Assembly (NCBI RefSeq): GCF_009914755.1
Contig: NC_060932.1
From: the human T2T-CHM13v2.0 reference genome, Homo sapiens
DNA length: 64,000 nucleotides
Direction: 5' to 3' (one strand)
Position 1 is the stretch's first letter. Each line of letters opens with the position of its first letter. Both the position numbers and the translations under genes were made by a program. The notes below the pieces were generated by a model, which worked only from the letters and a program-made list of their open reading frames with translations, did not search any database and was not told the DNA's origin. Shown here one piece after another: positions 41,931 to 59,878 of the stretch.

Positions 41931-43269
41931 TTGCTGCAGAGAGGACAAGACTGGTGGATGTCAGAATGCAGAGTCCCGGGTTTTCAGTGAAAAGATTGTG
42001 GGAGCCCAGAGAAGAGGACAGAACCCAAATCTAAGGGGAAGAGTGGCATGGAAGGGAAGATGAGGAATGCTCCTAGGGAAAACTTCATTTTCCTCCTGTC
42101 TTTAAATTATACTGAGGAGAATATAGTCTATCACCAAGTCATAATTCCTAGAACAATCATCCATCAGATGTGAAAGCAATAATAGTACTAGATGACACTT
42201 ACTGAGTGCTGCCAGCTGCTGGTTTCTTTACATGAGTTATCTTGTTTGATCCTCTGATGTCCTATGGGGTAGGTACTATTATTATATCCATTTTTATAGA
42301 TGAGAAAATCAAGGCACAGAGAATCAAGAAACATAACTGGCAACTGGCAAAGCCAGGATTTACCTGATATGCTCAGCAGTGCAGCATCAACACTATTGGG
42401 TGCTCACCATGTGCTAGGTATACTTCCCTAAATGCTTTCTCTTTATGCTGAAGAAAGTGGCCTATCATATCTGGAAAATTCTCTGTCAGATACTGGCGTC
42501 AAATTACATTTGTTTGTTGTGTGCTTAAGTGTCAGGCACTTTACGTAAGTCATCCCATTGCATCCTCACAGCAAGTCTGGATGTATTATCTCCACCTCAT
42601 TGATGAGAAAGCCAGGCCTAGAGAAGTTGGCTGTCTTCAAAATCACACGACCAACATGTGCGGAACAGCAAAGGCGCTCAGCCGTGAACTCCAGAGCTCT
42701 GAGCGCTGTGGCCTCCAACTCAGAAACCACAACCTCAAAGTCATTTAATTTTCCCCAAAGCTAGAGGCTCCTAGTATTCACTGACCAGGCATGAATCTAT
42801 TTTATTTATCCTGGTATGCAAAGGATAGACATTTAGCATACTCATTTTATCTAGTATAACTTGGGAACTTTCTTTGCTATGTGAATCTATTAGCCACTCA
42901 AGGCATGGACAAGCTCTTTTTAGTTTCACGGTTCAATACACAACAGCAGCACACACAACACGATGTTTAATAAGCCTTCTTTAATGATGATGGTCATGAC
43001 TTTTTGCTTTGAAGGTTTGCAAGAAGTGATGAACATCTCTAACATAAGTGATCTCCTCCTTCCGTTTCTCTCACCTTCGTGTCATTCCAGAGCACCTAGT
43101 AGGGGACTGGGGATTTAAATGGTTTTCTATCTATCAGTCCCTCTGAGTGAAGTGGACACATTCTGTGCTACATCATCGCCCTGTAATCACAAAGACTGGA
43201 CACACGAAACCATGAGGAACTTGTCAGGGGAATTTCTTGCAGGCTGATGGGGTGAACCAAATAAATTCA

Positions 43270-43800
43270 CAGCATCTCAGCCGCAGGCTCGGGGTTACAA
43301 TGCGGATTCCTCCTGGGCGGCGGGCCCCAGTAGGCTTTCACTTTTCTGCAAGGGCGCACGCCCACTCCGAGCGAACTCCACGTCCTGGTTTTCGTCCTCG
43401 CCTCCTTCCCGCCGGCAGCCGGCTGCCTGTAAACACGCGGGGGTTCGCAGAAAGAGGCGGCTGCTATTGGAGGAGCCCATCCAGGCCTCCCCTACGCCTA
43501 GCTCCGGAGCTGTCAGTTACTCGAACAGTGCGACGAGATTTTGGCGCCACAGCTGGGAGTGAGGCTTTTGTTCCATAACAAAAACAAGCGCCTGAGTGGC
43601 AAGGCTGCCAGCGCCGAGCCCAGCCGAGCAGGCATAAAGGAGCCCGCGTCGCGGATGTTTGTGACCTGTCATTAGAGACAGCTCCCTCAGCTTCCAAACG
43701 ATCACATGGAGACAATGTGGCAAATTATATTTGTACCAGCAAAGATCCTTGTCGAGCCGCGAAGGTGAATACTGTGCACCAGGATCTAGTAAGGGGGCCT
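43270..43800. promoter_or_regulatory. Orphan CpG-rich promoter/enhancer-like element
   Basis: Local CpG cluster in unique sequence with GGGCGG, TTCCCGCC and TGTAAACA motifs; no convincing CDS. Confidence 0.6.
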
Positions 43801-44534
43801 GCTTGCTCAGGTGGAAAAACACCAACGAGTCATTTCCAGCGCTTTTTGTCTCCTCTGTCAAAGAACTTCTGTTTTCCCTCTGCAGCTGAAAGGCAACCTT
43901 CTGGTTGAAACAAGTTAAATGATGAATCCAAGAGGAAAAACTAGGTGTTAAGATGTCATAATGTAGTTCTCCCGATATGGTGGTCCCCCGTTATGAGTAC
44001 ATAGAGATGGAGTCTGCTATATTATTTGTTTGATGTTTGCACATATGATGCTAAATTAGAACACATCCAGACCCAGGTTACTCCCTACTATGGAAAAATT
44101 CATGTGAAAACCAAAATTCAAAAGTCAGATAGATGGGGTGAGTGTTCTCATGTCAGAGTCTTTGAGTTTCAAAGCATTCAGAAGACTTGAAAGTCCTCCT
44201 CCAAATCAGTAGAGTTGATATCCAAAGTGCCACAACTGAGAATTTATTTATTCAGATTTAGTCTGGTTAGAATGGAAGTACCTTTGAAATGATGAGGTTA
44301 AAAGATAGTCATTTACATCTTAGTGTGAATTTGTTTAATTATTTTTCTTTTGACAGTAGGTTTTCAGGAAGGAGACTAGTTACAACTGAGTTCCTGAAAG
44401 GAGACAAATGAACAAAATGGGTGAAAATGAATGCAGAAACACAGTCTAGGTGTCCCAGAAGCCCTGTTTGTTGCTTCACAATTCTGGGGGAATCCAGCTT
44501 TTTAAAGAGAGTTTGTTTTGTTTTGTTTTTGCAA

Positions 44535-44720
44535 TAATAGAACTTTCTGCAGTTATGGACGTGTTCTATATCTGTACTAATATGGGAACCACTAGGCACA
44601 TGTGGTTATTGAGGACTTGAAATGTGCCTGGTGTGACTGAGAAACTGAATTTTTGATTCAATTGGATTTAAATAGTCACATGTGACTAATGGTTCCCATA
44701 TTGGGCAACACAGCTTTAGA
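44535..44720. mobile_element. MER3/MER33-like MITE
   Basis: aatagaactttctgcag...cacatgtggttattgaggacttgaaatgtg. Confidence 0.75.
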
Positions 44721-44767
44721 GCATTTTAAAAGGTGTCCACAAATCTTCAGGAAAAAAAATTGCATAG

Positions 44768-45330
44768 TGTGGTGGGCAGCGTCAAAGATGGCCCACAATA
44801 GTCCCCACCTCCTGGTATTTATGCCCCTGAGTAGGATTCCCTCCTTTTGAGCATGGGCTACAACTAGCAATTTGTTTTTAGCAATAGAACGTGCCCAAAG
44901 TGATGGGATGTCACCTCCAAGATTAGGTTACAAAGAGACTCCAGCTCCATCTGGAATATCTTCTTTGGCTCTCTCACTTGTTTGCTCTCAGGGAAGCCAG
45001 CTGCCATGTCATCAGCCGCCCTGTGGAGTGGCCCTGCTGGCAAGGAACTGATGTCTTTAGCCAACAGCCAGCAAGGATCTGAGGCCCTCAGACCAAAAAC
45101 CATCAAAGAACTAAATGCTGCCAACAACCACGGGAGGGAGCTGAGAAGTGGATTCTCCACCAGTCCCAGCCTAGAGATGACTGCAGCCCTGGCTGACACC
45201 TTGATTGCAGCTTTGTGAACCAGAGACACCCAGGTAAGCTATGCCTGAATTGTAGACCCACAGAAAATGTGAGCTAAGAGAAGTGTGTTGTTTGAAATCA
45301 CTGAGTTTTGGGGTAGTTTGTTACAGAGCA
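44768..45330 (+). mobile_element. MLT1F-like MaLR LTR
   Basis: tgtggtgggcagc..aagatggccc...cacctcctggtatttatgccc...gctgacaccttgattgcagc. Confidence 0.8.
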
Positions 45331-45839
45331 AAAATTTTGGTATGGTTAGGCTCATTTAAAAGACATTTATACTAGTTAGGGTATCCCCAGGTCCAGAGAA
45401 ACCTCCAAACATCAGTGTCTAATGCAATAAAAGTTCTGTTCTTTTAACAGTGCCATGTGGGAATTCTGATGGTGGTATGAGACCCAGCCCTTTTTCCTTC
45501 AGGTTGTCCTAGGAGTCATTTCCATTCCAGCCAGCTGGAAGGGGAGACAAGCAGAGTGGCTCCCATGGGGAACAGACTTGGGGATGATGCACACCATTTC
45601 TGCCCATGTTCTACTGGCCTCGCTTAAATGACCACCCCAGCCTGTAAGGCAGACTGGGAAATATAGTCCAACTGTGTGCCCAGAATGAAGCCAAAGCAGA
45701 TTTAAGGATCAATCAGCCTGTAGGTTTTGCCAAAGCACAATATTTTTTGAGGTGGGTAAGCCCCTTGACAAGAACAGGCCTTCATGGCTTGCCAAACCCT
45801 GGGATCATGCGGACAATAATCTCTTAATAAATAATGGTA

Positions 45840-46157
45840 GGCTGGGTGCTGTGGCTCACGCCTGTAATCCCAGCACTTTGGGAGGCTGAGACGGGTGGAT
45901 CCCGAGGTCAGGAGTTCAAGACCAGTCTGGGCAAGATGGTGAACCCCTGTCTCCACTAAAAATACGAAAATTAGCCGGGCACAGTGGCAGACGCCTGTAA
46001 TCCTAGCTACTTGGGAGGCTGAGGCAGGAGAATTACTTGAAGCGGGAGGTGGCAGTTGCAGTGAGCTAAGATCGAGCCACTGCACTCCAGCCTGGGTGAC
46101 AGAGTGAGACTCTGTCTCAAAATAATAATAGTAATAATAATAATAGTAGTAATAGTG
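45840..46157 (+). mobile_element. AluS with (AAT)n tail
   Basis: Full Alu dimer. Confidence 0.92.
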
Positions 46158-46840
46158 ATGACAGAACTGGAAAGAGACTATTATCCCCATTTCGAGATGT
46201 GAACTCACCAAAATTGTCAGATTATTCTAGTGCCATAAATTCCCATGACTCAATCAAAGTAAAGTTGTGTGAAGAGAGTTATGGCACAGTTCTGGAAATG
46301 ACAATGGAAAAATCAGGAAAAGATTTTTCTTTTCTGTCACCCCCCACAAAAAAACTGTGGACACATTAGCAGTCTCTTCTCATTCCTGCCTCTATCCTCT
46401 GAAACCCAAAACAACCTCTAATTTACTTTCTATCTCTGTGCATATTCAAATGAGCATGTTCTAAACTACAGAGTGTGATTGGCGTGGAGTTCCACGAGCT
46501 GAGGCATCCCTTAGATGTGATTGCAAAGGTATCTGTAACATCTGTTGCTTTGGAGGCGGACTGATATTCTGGCAGCTGCCCCCAATGTCACTGTCAGTCT
46601 TAGGGTTTATAGTGAAAGGGGAAAAAAAGAAAAGATTGGTTTTGTTGATTTCAGTTGTTTTAAATTGAGGAACTCATGTGTCAATATATTTTTGCTCCTA
46701 TATCAATACATTTCTGAAATGTGACTCCTCCCTTTTATCACCCTGGTCACCTTCCACCCACCTCCCTTAATGTTAACTTGTGAGCTTGTTCTCACCCAGT
46801 AAAGATAGGAATGTTAACTGAGTATATGTCTGTCAACATG

Positions 46841-47195
46841 TCTATTAGTCCGTCTTCACGCTGCTGATAAAGACATACCCGAGACTGGGGAATTTATAAA
46901 GAAAAAGAGGGTTAATGGATTCACAGTTCCACATGGCTGGGGAAGCCTCACAATCATGATGGAAGGCAAAAGACATGTCTTACGTGGTGGCAGATAGGAG
47001 AGAATGTGCAGGGGACCTCCCCTTTATAAAGCTATAAGATCTCATGAGACTTATTCACTATCATGAGAACAGCATGGGAAAAACCCACCCCCATGATTCA
47101 GTTACCTCCCACCGGGTGCCTCCCATGACACATGGGAATTCTGGGAGCTACAATTCAAGATGAGATTTGGGTGGGGACACAGCCAAACCATATCA
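46841..47195 (-). mobile_element. THE1 (THE1B-like) solo LTR
   Basis: tattagtccg..ttcacgctgctgataaagacatacccgagactgg...gacacagccaaaccatatca, flanked by the 5-bp TSD ACATG. Confidence 0.9.
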
Positions 47196-47464
47196 ACATG
47201 ACTTAAAAAAAAGTTTTGGCACCCTGAAGTAAACAACCAAAACAAAAAAGAGAAAAGAAAGGATGAAAGAAAAGAAGAATGCTTGGCACAAATCCAAAGG
47301 CAGGTGTCTAAGGAGCTAATGTCACTCAAGCTTCAGGGCTCCTCCCTTGTAGGGGTCCTGTCCTAGGCTGAGTGCTGCCCTGCAGAGAGAAGCAGCAGCA
47401 GCAGCTCTCATATGTGATGAAGGCAGGAGTACTCCCCAAGGAGGGGGCCCCGCTATATTTCTAC

Positions 47465-48225
47465 TTTTTAACTGCTTTATTGAGATGTAATACAAATAAC
47501 ATAGGATGTCCCCTTTTAAGCTCTGCAATTCAGTGTTCTTTTTACAGTATATTCACAGAGTTGTTAGTAGATTTTCATTACTGTAAACCCCCACAAAAAA
47601 ACTGTGGACCCATTAGCAATGTCTTCTCATTCCTGCCCCTAAACCCCTGAAAACCAGACAATCTCTAATTTACTTTCCGTCTCTATAGATTTGCCCATTC
47701 TGGACATGTTTTTGTTTTTCTTTCTTTCTTTTTTTGAAACAGAGTCTTGCTCTGTTACCCAGGCTGGAGTAAAGTGGCATGATCACGGCTCACGACAGCC
47801 TTGACTTCATGGGCTCAAGTGATCCCCCAACCTCAGCCTCCTAAGTAACTGGGACTACAGGCATGCGCGACCATGCCCAGCTAATTTTTTGTAATTTTAG
47901 TAGAGACAGGGCTTCCCCACGTGGCCCTACACTAGTCTCAAACTCCTGGGCTCAGGCAGTCTGCCCACCTTGGCCTCCCAAAGTGCTGGGATTACAAGCG
48001 TTAGCCACCTCTTCCCTTCATGGACATTTCATATAAGTGGAGTCATATAATACACGGTTTTCTGTGACTGGTTTCTTTCACATAACATGATGTTTTCAAG
48101 GTTCACCCATGTTGCAGCATGTATCAGAGCTTTATTTATTTTTATTGCCAAATAAAAATACATGGTATGGACATAGCACGTTTTGTTTATCCAGTCATCA
48201 ACTGATGGGCATTTAGGTTGGTTTT
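47465..48225 (-). mobile_element. L1MB 3' end split by an antisense AluJ (about 47720-48010)
   Basis: gctttattgagat...tctggacat [Alu] tggacatttcatataagtggagtcat. Confidence 0.8.
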
Positions 48226-48756
48226 ATATTCATTTTGTCTATAGTATTTGTCTATATGATATTATATTCATATTTTGTCTATACCCTGCCAGTGGTCCCA
48301 GGATTGTGAGTGGGGTTGGCAGACTGCCAGCAATACCTTCATATTTGTCTGCCCCGCTGTGATAACTTGCGTTTGGCAGCTGCCAGGGAGCACTTGGACC
48401 CTATCTTTTATCCCTGGAAGAGTATCTGAAACTGAGGCTGCTCTGCACCCTGTGCAGGGTCCATTAGGACCATGTTTCTAGGCATCTTGCTCCCTAACCC
48501 CAGGACCAGACCAGCAAGGGCAGAATATGGGGAAGAGGAAGAGGTGCAAGAGCCTGGCCAATGCTTACTAGCTGCCAGGGTATTCGTTGCCAGTGCCATG
48601 CCAACTATGATCAAAGAGCTGGAGTTCTCTGAAGTCTTGCTTGAGCAAGAAGCCTTGCCTGAGCAGGAAACTTGAGGAGTTGTAAAAGTGAGATTGCTCA
48701 CCAACTGTAAGGAATTTTTCTAAACTATTCATAATTTTTTCAAAAAAATGTGGTCA

Positions 48757-49046
<290 letters not shown>

Positions 49047-49155
49047 GTGGTCAACCATGATAAAGGAAAAATTGGATTATCTTTCTACTTTTTCAATGAA
49101 AAATTATATTACAAAATTGTTGTCATAGCAAGAGGCAATAAGAAAGAATACAGAG

Positions 49156-53660
<4,505 letters not shown>

Positions 53661-54679
53661 GTATACAGAGAAAAGATGTAGGGAAAGTATATTTTACAGA
53701 TATGTCAGGCAGTTAGTTAATAAAGTTATCATAAAATTACAACATTTCCAATATTTGTATTATTTTTCAGCTTTTCATTGTTTGTAATTTGTTGTGATTT
53801 CTTCTCTTACTCTAATGTATATTCACTTTTGTACCTATTTTGTATTTTTTTTCTAAGAGGGCTCTCAGATTGATTGCTTCAGGTCCCACAAAACTGGGAT
53901 GCCACCCTCGCATTACTAGGTACAGAAACTCAGCTACCCAAGGTGCTACTAGATTAAAGAATTCTGTCACCAAGCAGGCTGTGCACTGCTTCAGGAAGGC
54001 CCCCTCTCAACTCCTCCTTACAATTCCCTGCCGTATCCCACCAGTCCTCAAGCCTCCTCTGAGATGTACCTCCCTTCTCTTCCCACTTCTCCCATCGCCA
54101 CCACCTTCATTCAGGTTATTATTGGCCACCTAGACTCTGGCAATCATCCGACTGCTCTACAATTTCACAAAACACTACTTCCAATCACCCTCCAACTGCT
54201 ACCTGGGAAGATCTTGCTGAAATGCATATTCTCTCTCTCTTCTTACCTCTGCTGGGAAGCCTTCCAAGGCTCTCATTGCCTGTAGGATTAAAAACAAACA
54301 CATCCCGTCCCGTCTGTCTAGACCCATCTCATAGCTTTCCTTCCCTGATGTGCATCCCCACATCAATAATGCCTAACTCCTCCCCTTCCCCAGAACTTCA
54401 AGTATTTTATGTCTCCTGGTATCTTTTGTACAGTTCTTCTGTCATTTAGTATGAAATATCTCCTCCTCTTCTTGGAAAATTCTTTATCTGCCTATGTCTA
54501 GCTCAAGTGTGGCCTCTGGGAAGGTTTCCCAACTCCCTCTACAGTCCTTACACTTTACATTGTAGTCATTCGTACAGATATTTTTGTATCTTATACATTA
54601 ATGTATATGTCTGCAAATCAACTAAAATAATCTGAACTATTTCTGTGGTTGTATATGAGTATATTAAAAAACATATTGC

Positions 54680-55110
54680 TAGGTGTCCTACAAAAGGACA
54701 CATGTTCATGTGTTGGAAACTTAGTTGCCATTGTAACAGTACTGAGACATGGGGTCTTTAAAGATGATTAGGCCATGAGGGCTTTGTTCTCATGAATGAG
54801 ATTAATGCCATTATTGCAGAAGTGGGTTGGTTACCTTGGGGAGTGATAAAGGGATAAAGATAAAAGAATAAGTTTGGACCCTGTTTACTCTCTGTCTTGC
54901 ACACTTTTGCCCTCTTTCTTCCTTGCCATGTGATGCCCTTCTGCCATGTTATGACACAGCAAGAGGGCCCTCACCAGATGGCCAAGCAGATGCCAGCACC
55001 ATGCCCTTGGACTTCCCAGCCTCCAGAATCATGAGCCAAATAAATCTCTTTTCTTTGTAAATTACCAAATCTGTGATATTCTGTTATAGCAACAGAAAAT
55101 GGACTTAAAC
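54680..55110 (+). mobile_element. MST-family MaLR LTR
   Basis: catgtgttggaaactta...ggccatgaggg...ggacttcccagcctccagaa...tatagcaacagaaaatggact. Confidence 0.8.
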
Positions 55111-57456
55111 ACATATATATGAATATATGTATATATATGAATATGTATGAATATATAAAATCATATATAGGAACATATGCATATATATGAATTTATGAAT
55201 ATATATGAATCTATATAAAACATATATATGTTTTTGATTTATTTCCTAAAGAGCTATAAACATATCCAAGGCAGAGATGGTGTCACATCTATTTTAAAAA
55301 TGTTTTCCTCAGCAGTTGCTATATTTTCTGTACTCAGTAGGCACTTACCCATGTGCCAGGGACTCATACAGTGGAGGAAATACTTTTTGAATAAAATTGA
55401 ATTAAATATTCTTTTCCTTAAGGATTTTAGGCACTGAATAAAGAAACTAGCGCATGAACACAATTAGGAATATTAATATTATAAATAAATATCAAGTAGT
55501 AAGCTGCAAACCAATTAAATGAGCACTGATGACCTAGACAGTAGAGTGGATTACATCATCATCATCATCATCATCGTCGTCGTTACAACTGTGTAAAGTT
55601 AATCAAAGGAAAACTTTCTGAAGCAGAGAGGTAGTAAACAGATAAAGCTGAAGGGTTTTGGTTCACGGTAAGGAGAGAAAGTGGTTCTTCCTGGGAGTAA
55701 AGAGCTTGAAGACTAACAGGGGAGAGAATTTAAAGATCTTCCTGGGAATATGGGAAATTCTTTGATCCCAGTGGGAGGCACTTGGGTATTTTAGTGTTTT
55801 CTTTGGACATACTATCTTTTTGTACTGAGATGAAAAGAGATTTAGTAATGTAAGAATTTTTACTACTTTGGCAAAAATTCCCCAAAAGTCACAAATCTCG
55901 TTTTGTGAGGGACAGGGAGATGGGGACTCAGGTATGCTGAGCCAATTCATAGAGCCAAATTAAAGGAAGGCATGGAAAGTACACCTTGTTTTCCCCTCTT
56001 CCTTATTCTTTCTCACTTTCAGATGGAGCAATATGAGGGCTTCGCAGAAGCAGCAGGCTCTGCTCTTCCAGGGACCCGCTGGTGGACTAGGAGAAGGGAG
56101 TAGATGCTTTGTTGGGCTAGAATTCCAAGAAGACCATGAATAAAACAAGTCACACTCTATTTCTGTGTGAGGCAGGAAGAGAAGGAAATCACCGCTTTTT
56201 TGGCATGCCGATGGAAAGGGGATTTAAATTTCCTTGGGGAAGCATGTGCTTATTTAATTATGTAATTGTAAATTTATTATAGTGTTTTATAGTTTTCTCC
56301 CTCCCTAATCCCTCCCTCCCTCCCTCCCTCCCTTCCTTCCTTCCTCTTTTCTTTCTTTCTTTCCAGAAGGCTTGGTTTGGTGCCTCTCCCCTTCCCATCT
56401 TTCTCCTCATGTCCCAAAGCCTGTTGTACCCAGTGTTCTGAGTACCACAGAGACCACCAGGAGGGCTAGACCCAGCCTTGGATGAGAATAATGACATGCC
56501 TGGAGCAGGAGATGCTCATTAACCCAAAAGAACAAATTACTGATGGGAGAACTAAAATAATAAGATGAGCCAAGGCAGTCTCAAACCACGACATAATCAG
56601 CACCTTTAATATTGTATTTCTTTCTTCCTTCAACAAACCATTATATGTATGCTGTGTGTTTGGCACTGTGCTAAGCATTTGAGCGACATTGCTGGTAACT
56701 ACAAAGAAGACATTTTTGAGCAGACAGACAATGAATGGATCATATCAGTAATTGTGAAGTTACCACTGTGTGTTACAAGAGAGCTGTTGGAGCTGGAGTG
56801 CTGGTGGGTACCGCTCTTCTAGGTGAAGGAGACATCACACGCCAAGGTCCTGTAGCCACGAGACATGGCAGGTTGGAGAGACTAAAAGGTGACCAGTATG
56901 GTCATTACCAGATTTTACTTTTTAAAAAACCACTCTGACTGCTCTATAGATAGGAGCCAAAGTAGGAGGGAATTCTTCAGCGGGACACAGGGTAGGTCAT
57001 GAAACCTGAAGTCTGAAAGCACAGCTATGTCTCAGGAAAGCCTGGAATCTGGCCCCAGAGAGCCTCTCTTTCTCCCTAATTTTTTCTCTCTTTCTCTGTC
57101 CCCCATCTCTTCTCTGTCTCCTGTTTCTCTCTCTTCCTCCTTCTTCTTCACCCTGTCCTTCTTTTTGTCTCTCTCCCTGCCCGCCCTGTTCTTTCTCTCT
57201 CTTTCGAATGCCTGCATTACTCTTTGCTCTCTCTGCCACCCCTGATTAGAGCTTACCTGATCTTCCAGTTCAGAGGCCCAGAGAAGACTCCTCAGGACCT
57301 TAGTGCCCACCTACACATGTCCTACCCTTGTTTATTCCTTGCCAAATCAACTGGGACTCACAACTTGGGGGGAAGAAGATGCGAGAGCATCCCATGTAGA
57401 TTTGGTCACTCACTGCTAGAGTTCCAGAGAAGGGGGCTGGCTAGACTCCCCATATG

Positions 57457-57801
<345 letters not shown>

Positions 57802-58049
57802 TAGTGACCAAACCACAGACTTTTAAAACAGCCACGGGGTGGGGGCAGTCCATTACCCTAAGACAGGACACATTTATTTGGCCAAAGTATTTACTTGTGT
57901 GCCTCCTACGTACAAGGCACTGTGATAGGTGCTGGAGAAACAAAAACAGTTGCATACCTTAAATTGCTCATATCCTATGCAGAAGGCAGGTAGGTTAACC
58001 AACAGGCCTCCACAGCCTTGGACACTATGCAGAATATTTCTTGTCTTTA

Positions 58050-59160
58050 GTTCAATTTAACTCAATTCATTTGCCATATTACAGGCACAGTGTAAGGGAA
58101 TACAATGATAAATGCCTGCACTCTACCCCCAAGGAGTTCAGAGTCCAAGAGAGAGACAGATATATCAGCAAATATTAACAGTACAGAGTGATAAGCCAAG
58201 AGTCTAAGTATATGAATGATTCACAGGCAGGAAAAAGAAGGGAGTGATTATCCATCGTCCCCACCCCGTCACTGGGAAGTCTTCGTGGAAGAGGTGACAC
58301 CTACTCTGGGCTTTGAAAGGCATTTCAGGCAGTGGAATTGGGGCACAAAGTCACATAGTGATGAAACTGAATGGCATGTTTAGAATGATGTTGCTGGAGG
58401 GTAAAAGGAGGATGATGGAGGTGAGTGCCTGAGAAAGTGGAGAAGGCAGCAATGGTAAGATTGTGAGGGGCTTTTTGTACCCTGATTAGGACTTAACGCA
58501 GATGCCAAAGGGCTGCGAGGAGAGACTCATGATTCAATTTTGGTTTTAGCAAGCACTCCACCAGGACATGGATGACTGATGAAGGGAAGGCCAGGATAGA
58601 GCAGAGAGAGCAGTCAGAAAGCTATCACAGTAATCCAGACATGAGACAAGGAGGGCCATGGCATGCGGATGAAGTGGAGAGGCGACACATGAGAAAGGCT
58701 TAGGAAAGAATTTGAGGGTATCAGTGACTGGCTGGATGTGTCATGTGAAGAGTAGGAAAAAGTCCAGAATTAATCTCAGGTTTCTGCCTCAGGAAAGCTG
58801 GGTAGATGATGATACCACCAATTGAGAGAAAATACAGACAGCAGAGGGATAGTGAGAAGGAGAAGAGAGAGGTAGATCAGATCATTTGAATTGGAGGTAG
58901 TTGAGCATTTAAGTGGAGATGTTTCAGAAAAAAGTTGGGTATACATGTCTTGAGCAGGCGGAGAAAGCAGAGCAGAAATGTAAATATGAAATCTTCTGGA
59001 ATTTAGGTGTCAGAATGAAGGGAGAGATGGAAATCTCCTAAGCAAAGAAGACAGGAGAAGCCAAGACAGAATTCACTCCCTTAGGATCATTAAAGTGATT
59101 ACAGATGGAAAAGACCTACAAGCCAGGAGAATGTGAGGATTTCAAAACTGAGAGGAGAGA
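58050..59160 (+). mobile_element. L2 remnant (resumes at about 61850-62500)
   Basis: Purine-rich L2 phrases; gagaggagag recurs at about 59150 and about 61851, either side of the L1. Confidence 0.6.
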
Positions 59161-59258
59161 TTTTTTTTTTTAACTTTTATTTTAGGTTCAGGGGTACATG
59201 TGCAGGTTTGTTATATAGGTAAACTTGTGTCACAGAGGTTTGTTGTACAGATTATTTT

Positions 59259-59649
59259 TGCAAGGCTCTTGTATTGGTTCGAACCCCGAGAGCGTGCCAA
59301 CAGACAATGCGAGGCAGTGTGGAGCAACACACTGTTTTAATGAGCGCCTGGGTGCAGACGGGCTGAGGTCTAAAATGGCGTCAGCCCCAAATGAGGATGG
59401 GGCAGGGGCTTTATAGTCTCGTGTAAACGGGAAGTGTCTCAGTCTAGTGTAACTGCTATGCGGTACCCGGACGGCCTCCCTCTAGGTCTTCAGGGGGTAT
59501 GTGTCTTCCAGCCAGCTCTCTTCCTGCTTCTGCTATCTTGCTGACGCACGCTGCTGGTGCAAATGGCCTTGTGCCTTGGGACTGAGCCTGAGGCAGGGAG
59601 GAGTTATTCAACCCCTGCCCAGCTTCCAGGCCCTGGGGAAAGTCTTTCA
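59259..59649 (-). promoter_or_regulatory. 3' LTR
   Basis: TG...CA termini, TATAAA, ATTAAA, YY1-like AAAATGGCG. Confidence 0.88.
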
Positions 59650-59878
59650 TTCCTGCCTATTTGGTTATTGAAAAAGGGAAAAGGGACAACTTTCTCAATG
59701 ACTACTTCAAGTGTGACATGGGGACTGGCGTGCGCACCTTGGAAACAAAGAAAAACTTAATTTTGGGGGTATTCTTGAGAGACGGGTTGGTATTCATCGT
59801 GTCGTTGCAGCAGGAGCATCGTCTGGATTGTCCGGTGGTTAACTCTAGTTTCAACAAGACTTTTAATAGCTTTGATTA

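Noticed and set aside
43540-43560. CTCF-like CCCAGCTGTGGCGCC
   Set aside because: Lacks the core AG of the motif; too weak to call.
45702-46211. Alu-derived ORFs (also 12066-12401, 31191-31514, 38276-38653 and others)
   Set aside because: Standard Alu translations, not genes.
55110-57210. TA-rich, (CAT)n, (CCCT/CCTT)n and CT-rich tracts
   Set aside because: Ordinary simple repeats.
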